From Seison nebaliae (Eukaryota), in contig JALJEE010001799.1 in the NCBI GenBank assembly GCA_023231475.1, forward strand, positions 1 through 42,038: a DNA stretch of 42,038 nucleotides. Direction: 5' to 3'. Both the position numbers and the translations under genes were made by a program. Shown here in pieces: positions 35,060 through 42,038 of this stretch; position 1 is the first letter of the stretch, and every line of letters begins with the position of its first letter. The notes under the pieces were generated by a model. It did not search any database, was not told the DNA's origin, and worked only from the letters and a program-made list of their open reading frames with translations.

Positions 35060-36847
35060 TGAGTGGAGAAAGACATCGAATTAGAGATGTGAATGAATTA
35101 TTTAATTTTTTATATTTCCTACCAACAAATTGATTGAAGAGAAAAAAAATTAAGTTTCATCAATAATAAAAAAGGTTTGATGACGTTTTCATTCATTTCT
35201 TTCTCAAGAGAAGAAAATTGAGATGAACAAGAAAGATTATCTTCTGTAATTGGATATGGAGAGAACTGGAATAAATGGCGTCAATTGCAGGAAAAAAATT
35301 ATTAGTAAAATTCCTAAAAACTTTCCATATAACGATATATTGGGAGGTTTTGAATTGATTCAACTGGAATCCAATTCGGACTAGTTTTATTGTAGTTTAG
35401 GAGAAAAGAGAAAATTTTTCTTTTTGTTCAGCTTTTTTTAGATCTAATCGATAGTTTCCTATTGACTGAAATGGAAAATGAATGTTCTTGCAAATTTCAT
35501 TTATCAAATCGAAAAGATTCTTATCTGTCCGTAAACATTTGACTAGTTGTGTGAGAGAATTCTACTTTGGACATAGAAAATTATAGTTATTCGAACGTGT
35601 ATTATCGTAAAAGAAGAATAATTCGAATATGGGCCACTCTCCAGAAGTACCATCTAACAAGTTAATTTGAGGATGAATTAAAATGTCTCTTATTGAATTA
35701 AGGTCTTCCTTTCTCTCTAGTGTATTGTGAGGAGACAAAGAAACATTCTTATTTCCATATAGTTTCGATAATCGGTAATGAATGATGGATCATTTTCAAT
35801 ACTGTCAATCTTCTACACCTACTTCTACTACTGACGTGAGTTGCGAAGAAGTTTAATTATTTATTGACACGATTTCGTCAAGACATTTTCTTCTTCTCCT
35901 ACCAGAATAGAAAAAAAATCTGCCAATAATTTTGTGAGTTGTTTATATAAATCGTGTTGGGAGGGAAGGATCGACATTAATTCTGTTTATTGATCATAAA
36001 TCAATTTCGAGTATTCCACTTGTTTTCCAGTGAGAAGATTAATTTATTCTCCTCTAATTAAATAAGATTTGGTTGACATTACTGTCATTTTATGAATTTC
36101 AACGAACCAAATGGTGTAACTGATGGAAGGAAGAAATCGGAATAATAAAATGTCAATTTATCATTAGAATCATCCGAATTTCATCATTCATCGATTGAGT
36201 TTCTGCTCCCATATAATTCTTTTACGGTTCGTCAGAAATCGATGAGAATTGATATATCCGAAAAGAAAAGAAAAGAGATATCTCACCACAAGTACTCATG
36301 ATTGATAAAGAGAATTCGATTAAAGATTAGGTAGAGGAACGAGCGGATGATGTTTCAACTCATAACTGTTGTCGCAATCATGACAAGTATTTAGGAAGAT
36401 GGAAAAGATAATACATATCGAATGAAAGAGACAAGTGAATAACATTTCGTTCAAAAGTCTAAGGACATACCAAACGAACATTGACAAATTTAGACGGAAA
36501 ACTCTACCGCTCATCAAAACGAGTATTCTATCAAATATTGACGTATTAAACTTGTCCCCTCCATTCGTTCTCTATCGACATTTCTATGTGATTTGTTAAT
36601 AACCTACTTCATCAGCTGCCAACCATTTTTCTTATCATTATTATTTGTTTTCCAAGAATTATGAATTTCATTATCAATTTTCTTAGTTTTGTGAAAATTT
36701 TTAAGTTCTAAATAATTTCAAATATTTATTCATTATTAAAATTTAATAATTTAAATTCCATCTATTAAAATATTTAAATGAATCTAAAATTATTAAAAAT
36801 TTATTATTTATAATAAAAATTTTATATGAATCGATTTGTTACTTCTA

Positions 36848-37092
36848 ACTTTTTAGATAATCGATCAGTATTTTCACATACCTGTCGATACTACGGATTA
36901 TCTAATAACATTCCACTTCAGGATTTTAGAGATTTCATTTTTTACTACGATCCCACAGATTCTATACCAATCGATCGATAATCACTCACGGAATTACACC
37001 GATTGATCAACACTGGCGAGGATCGAAATTTTTTTATATTTTTTTCTACTTTATCCCGACGGGAATTTTAATCAATAAATAATAATAAAAAA
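36848..37092 (+). mobile_element. 5'-truncated copy of the LINE 3' end
   Basis: Near-identical to 478-690 (ATAATCGATCAGTATTTTCACATACCTGTCGATA..TTATCCCGACGGGAATTTTAATCAATA), with an extra ~35-40 nt, ending AATAAATAATAATAAAAA. Confidence 0.85.
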
Positions 37093-37506
37093 GTCTATAA
37101 TTAAAGTGGTTAATGGTGAAGTTTAAGAGATGTGATGAAATTATTTATCATATGAAACAAATTTTACTGATGGTAATTGACGATATTAGTTAATGATAAC
37201 TGTTAATCAATTCACGATTATGAAGTGAAGTAATTATTGTAATTATTCTAATAATGGAAGAGATATTCATTAAATCCTCATTCACGTTTCATGTGGTCGT
37301 TCGACATCGATTGTTCGAAAGGAGGAAATGATGATAAAAGAATATGAAACAGTGATGTCTCCATCGAAACTTGTTTACTTTCGTGGAGAGAAGGGAAGTT
37401 CTTCCTTTCCCATTTTCAACGTCCGACGACGACGATGAGGTGAACGATGATTTAAACGAACTTCACATTGCTAGATAGAACGCTTCATCATTTATGTTCT
37501 TTATCA

Positions 37507-37547
37507 TTATGATGATGATGATTATTATTATTATTATTATTATTATT
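37507..37547. repeat. (ATG)n(ATT)n compound microsatellite
   Basis: Direct reading. Confidence 0.85.
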
Positions 37548-37774
37548 GTCTTTCTTCATTAAATAATGTCTGGTAGTTTTTCTTTTTTCACATCAATTGA
37601 ACTTCGATAATAATTTGATCGTCAATTGTTCTTTCCATTTCTTCCTGTTTCCTGAAGGAAACGGAAAATTAATCAAAAATGGCGTACACGTGCCTTGCGC
37701 AAATTACATGACCTTTCATATTATTAATTTTTTCCATATCTTCTAGTTGATTGAAACAGATGTAATTTTAGCAC

Positions 37775-40700
37775 ATGAGCGGCACGAAGTCGCAGAAGTT
37801 CCTCATTCCCAACGTCGTATTGAGAAATAAGAAGAAAAACGAAAGTTCACAATCTTCTCGTTATCATGATCGATCGCGACAATTAGTGAAAGGGATTGAG
37901 AAAGAATTATTAGAAGAAAATAATTCCACCGTTGTACTTCAATTGAATGAAGAAAAAAAAGAAGGAAAAAATGAGGATAAGAAGAGAATTATAGAGACGG
38001 AATTGGATGAAACACAAACAACAAATCAATATGTTGATATTCATGATTTTAGTGAGGCAGTACAAGATTCGAAGATTGAATTTTGCAACGATTTATTGGA
38101 AACAGGCGATTATGTGAATGTAAATTATGCAAACGACAAACAATTTCTCGAATGCATCACTTCAACCACTTATTCCATTACCACTTCATTGCATATGGCA
38201 GAGGAGCAAGCTGGAGAATGTTCAAATTTATTTTCAACAACAATCTATTCAACAGTCTCATTATCTCAACCACCGACCGTTAACGACAATAATTATGAAT
38301 ATTGCGTCGATTGGTCAAAATTGCCAAAAGTTATTCCGACGACAAACGGTGAAATTCAGAATTTTATTGCCAAAAACCGAATGGTGAATGATGAATCTAT
38401 TATTTGCACTCGAACTAATGTAAATGAACGAAATCTGAATGAGTGTGAAGTTGAATATATGAACAATGAAAATTGTGAGAGAATAATTCCATTGAATGAT
38501 AATATTCTTAATAGAACAATCTATTCGAACTCGACTGAAAAGGAGAGTCATTCGGAAAATGAATATAATCGTCTTTATTCTCTAAATAATAACTCTCATC
38601 AATATCGTATGAGAGAAATGACTGGAAAGAACGTTGAGAAGAAAGTTGATTTGTATGAAAATATTCCAACAACGAAAGAACAAAGTTATTTTTCTTAATT
38701 TTCACTTAAAGAACTTTTCAGATAATATTCGTCTTTTGAATAATGTCGAGGAATTGTAATGTCTTAATTACTTCTTCTCTATGTCTGATGGAAGAGGAAT
38801 TAACTTTCTTGTTGTTTTTTCGAATTTCTTATTTTCCCACCACAAACTCTCTCCCTCCCAACATCATCATCGTTTCAACAACAACGGAAATTCCAGTGCT
38901 AACATTCACTTTCTCTAGTTGTTTACCTTCTATTGAGACGGTTGCCAATCTCACAATTCGAAACATTTTCATTCTCACGTCATTAATTCATTCTCTCCAC
39001 GTTCATGTTACAGGTGGAAGAAATTCGTATTTCTCTCTATTATCAGAGGGATAAAATAATGAGCAAATGAATAGGAAGAATGTTAAATATTTTTTATATT
39101 TTCAGCTATCACTTCCTTTTCGACCGATCCCAAAATAACAATGAACTTCCGGAACAGAAAGATCGATCAGAAATCTTCATTCTCCGCTATTCCACAACGT
39201 CCTCCATTACCAAATCGAAGATATCATCGGAATGAAGCACAACAGCCTCATATGCCAATAGAATCATCAAAGAAATTAGAAAATATTTTCATTACTTCAG
39301 CCATGTTATTTCAAGAACAAGAACAAAAGATTAATGTTGCATCAATTAACCGTTCGGATGGTTTACAAAACAACTCCTCCCTCGATCCAAATGAAGAATC
39401 ATTTGATAGCAAACATATTTCATCGAACATGAGTGATAAAGAAAACGAAACGATTCTCCCACTGCGAAAACAACGACGTTCTCTCTCACCAGCAGATGTT
39501 CAACGTCTTCGCTTATTCTGGGAGGCGAATGGAACCGAAGTTTTCATCTTACCATCGGAAGTTCTCGTACATATTTTGACGTTGAATAAATTGGATCCAT
39601 TAGACAAATCATCATATCATCAATGGAAATTGTCATCAACGAATCGACGGCATAATAAAAATGTGAGTATGAAAAAGAAAATTATTACAATTGAAGGCAG
39701 TCTCATACTGTTGTTGCAGACGGGTGCAAGTAAAACTCGTCCCTTCACTGCTTTCCATATCATCATCGCCGATCCATCAACGGCATTTCCTTTACTTGAT
39801 GTCGAATTAACATCTCGAACAGCCATCGAAAAATGTACAAATGAATTTTTGGGAAAATTTCGAAAAATTGATAATAATTTCGATTTAACATCTCAAGAAT
39901 TCATTGAAATGATGGATGGAAACGAAATGAAATTAGAAGATTTTTCTGCGAAATTTTTAATTCGATTACCTCGATTAGAAAAAGGCGAACGAATCATGTA
40001 TAATATTCCTGTTTGTTTGTTGATGCAGGACGAGAATACGGTGAGTATTTTATTGAATGCTCAAAGAAAATTATTACAGAAATTTGGAGGCTTAATGGCC
40101 AATGGTCATCTCGCCATGCAAATGGAACATATTCGAACACTTAATGGAACATTTGCTATAATGATTTCTCAGAAAACTTTTGAAAAGAAAGAACGTCCAA
40201 GATCAATAAGTAATTCAAAGGATTTACTCGATAAGAAATATGTGGATAATATTATCGAAGTGAAAAGAGTTCGAGATGGAAGTGATGCCATTGATGTAAT
40301 GAAAACAATGAAGAATCGTTCGAGATCCATGACATCGATTGTTAGAAATGGATTGCGTAATAAATCAAATCATCAAACTACTCCGTCGTCAAATCCACCG
40401 AATAAAATTGTTCGATTAAACAAATCGGATATATCGAGACCTTGTGCATTTGATCATATAACGAAAATGTCAGAAGTTAATTATAATCCAATAAAGAATA
40501 ATGAAACACCAGAAAGTCTTTATGAACGTGGATATGGATATCGTAATTCATCTAACAAGTTGGAACTCAATACCATCAATGATGAATATGAGAAAGCGAA
40601 ATTGAGAATATTCCAAAAAAGACCAGAAAGGAAGAAATCAAATTTTAGTAGAAGAAATCAAACATCATACAATAAGTATGTCCGTCAAAGATACTCTACA

Positions 40701-41183
40701 TTTAATGACAGTGAAGATGAATTAAATCATTTGACATATTACAAAATTAGCGGAAATAAATTGGATGACAGATCAACGAGTCATTATGATTATTGTACCG
40801 AACGTATGTCATATTCTTATTGTGAAAATAAAATTAACGAGATAAGTGAAAAACCATCATTGAAATCGACAATGACAATGTCAACATTCGTGTCAATAGA
40901 GAACAATAAAATGAAGCGCATAGTTTCAGATGACAAAGTTCGATTATTGAAACGTATTAGACCGGATTCACTCATAACTAATTCTTCCAATTTTTCCGCT
41001 AATTCAAGCACCTCATTATCTCCTTCACCCAATTCATCGAATGCATCTGTCACATCGATGAAGAACTTAAAAGATTTGACATCTATCTCTTCCGCCTTAC
41101 CCACAATGAGATACCCGAAAGATATTGCCGGTCAATTGAAGAAAAGTTGCGGTAACATTATAGAGATGGTAAAGAAATCATAA
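37775..41183 (+). CDS. Large signalling-adaptor-like protein (exons 37775-38684, 39106-41183; ~995 aa); could instead be two genes
   Basis: Two long ORFs (307 and 680 aa) can be joined in frame by the phase-1 donor at 38685 and the phase-compatible TTTTCAG acceptor ending 39105. Contains YVNV/YENI, RPPLPNR, a globular central domain and CRIB-like ISRPCAFDHI. Confidence 0.6.
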
Positions 41184-41333
41184 GAATCAACCGTTATTTT
41201 CTTTATAAATTCATCAAATTATCTTTCAATATTTCGTTAATAAACTTATTATGCTCATAATTTCTCTATTCAATCGGATTAAGAAATATGTAAGATTTAT
41301 AACCGATGAGAAAACTTATCAGTACTTATTTTA

Positions 41334-41651
41334 GAGAATCCCGGAGCGGTATTCACCTTAGGGGGGAATTCACCCTGTTTCTCATTTTCGGAGAGGAATT
41401 CACTCAAATATCGGAGCGGAATTCACTCGACTGTTCCCTTTGTAAAATATTTTTCGGAGCGGAATTCACCCAAAAAGATGCTTTCGGAGAGGAATTCACC
41501 CAAAAGTAGTTTTTCGGAGAGGAATTCACCCAAATTTGAGGAGTTCGGAGAGGAATTCACTCTATTTTTAGTTTTTCGGAGAGGATTTCACTCTAATTTC
41601 AAATCTTCCAAGAGGAATTCACCTTCTTTCAGTTTTTCGGAGAGGAATTCA
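41334..41651 (+). repeat. Array of ~11 TTCGGAGAGGAATTCAC units, likely the terminus of a MULE/Foldback-like transposon
   Basis: GGAATTC-type cores at 41348, 41365, 41395, 41418, 41461, 41491, 41521, 41552, 41583, 41614 and 41644, with variable linkers. Begins GAGAATCC. Confidence 0.75.
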
Positions 41652-41810
41652 TAGTGCTGTGATTATGATCCGTGAGTCCAAAGTGATAAGACTCGAGTCC
41701 TCCATACATTATGGGAAAAAAAAATCCAGACATGATACGAGTCCTATACATACAAGGCTCGAGCCAAGCTAATAGCCAGACTCATGCTTTGGCTCGAGTC
41801 CTCTCAATGT
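41652..41810 (+). mobile_element. Probable hAT-like element end interrupting the array
   Basis: The array breaks abruptly at TAGTGCTGTG, followed by repeated palindromic GACTCGAGTC/GGCTCGAGCC motifs. The other end is not visible. Confidence 0.4.
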
Positions 41811-42038
41811 CGCTTACTGTTCGTTCTCAAATACGTGCATACTTTGCGCAATAAACTGGATGAAAAGTAATGCTTCAGTATTTCCAAAATCGTTGAAAAT
41901 TTACACATGGGGGTTTTCGATGGTGACGATTTCAAAAAATCAAACCACGATTTAAAATAGTTTACGGTTGATCCGGAAATGCAAAAACACAACTTTTAGA
42001 AAATGCTCAATAATTATGTCATAATTTAATTTTTTTTT

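Noticed and set aside
38743..39054. 103-aa ORF as an extra exon or gene
   Set aside because: No recognisable motifs and no convincing splice sites linking it in frame; it probably lies within an intron or UTR.
41334..41651. CRISPR array
   Set aside because: Eukaryotic context, no cas genes, linkers only ~13 nt and partly similar to each other, and degenerate repeats. It fits a transposon terminal array better.

Overview
AT-rich eukaryotic DNA from a compact animal genome: ephrin, nuclear receptor and galectin genes, with short introns of mostly 43-71 nt. It is not prokaryotic. Ten protein-coding genes can be modelled by hand: SPRYD7 (-), CDK10 (-), an NR1J/HR96-like nuclear receptor, a single-CRD galectin, TMX2, MYDGF, a divergent ephrin, NDUFAF6, TBCA and a large adaptor-like protein with a CRIB-like motif. 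The stretches ~4.4-10.3 kb, ~14.9-20.4 kb and both window ends hold decayed transposons: one non-LTR retrotransposon family, MULE-like elements with ~30-bp-periodic terminal arrays, MITEs and a possible integrase remnant. The most unusual signals are: (i) 16 of 17 modelled introns start GTT rather than GTA/GTG; (ii) the galectin ends in a CaaX prenylation box and carries a PPxY motif; (iii) two very tight same-strand gene pairs have splice acceptors just upstream of the second ATG, suggesting trans-spliced operons; (iv) a ~210-nt run of seven consecutive hairpins at 16.7-16.9 kb that I cannot assign to a known RNA family. All homology calls come from motif recognition by eye, not from database searches.
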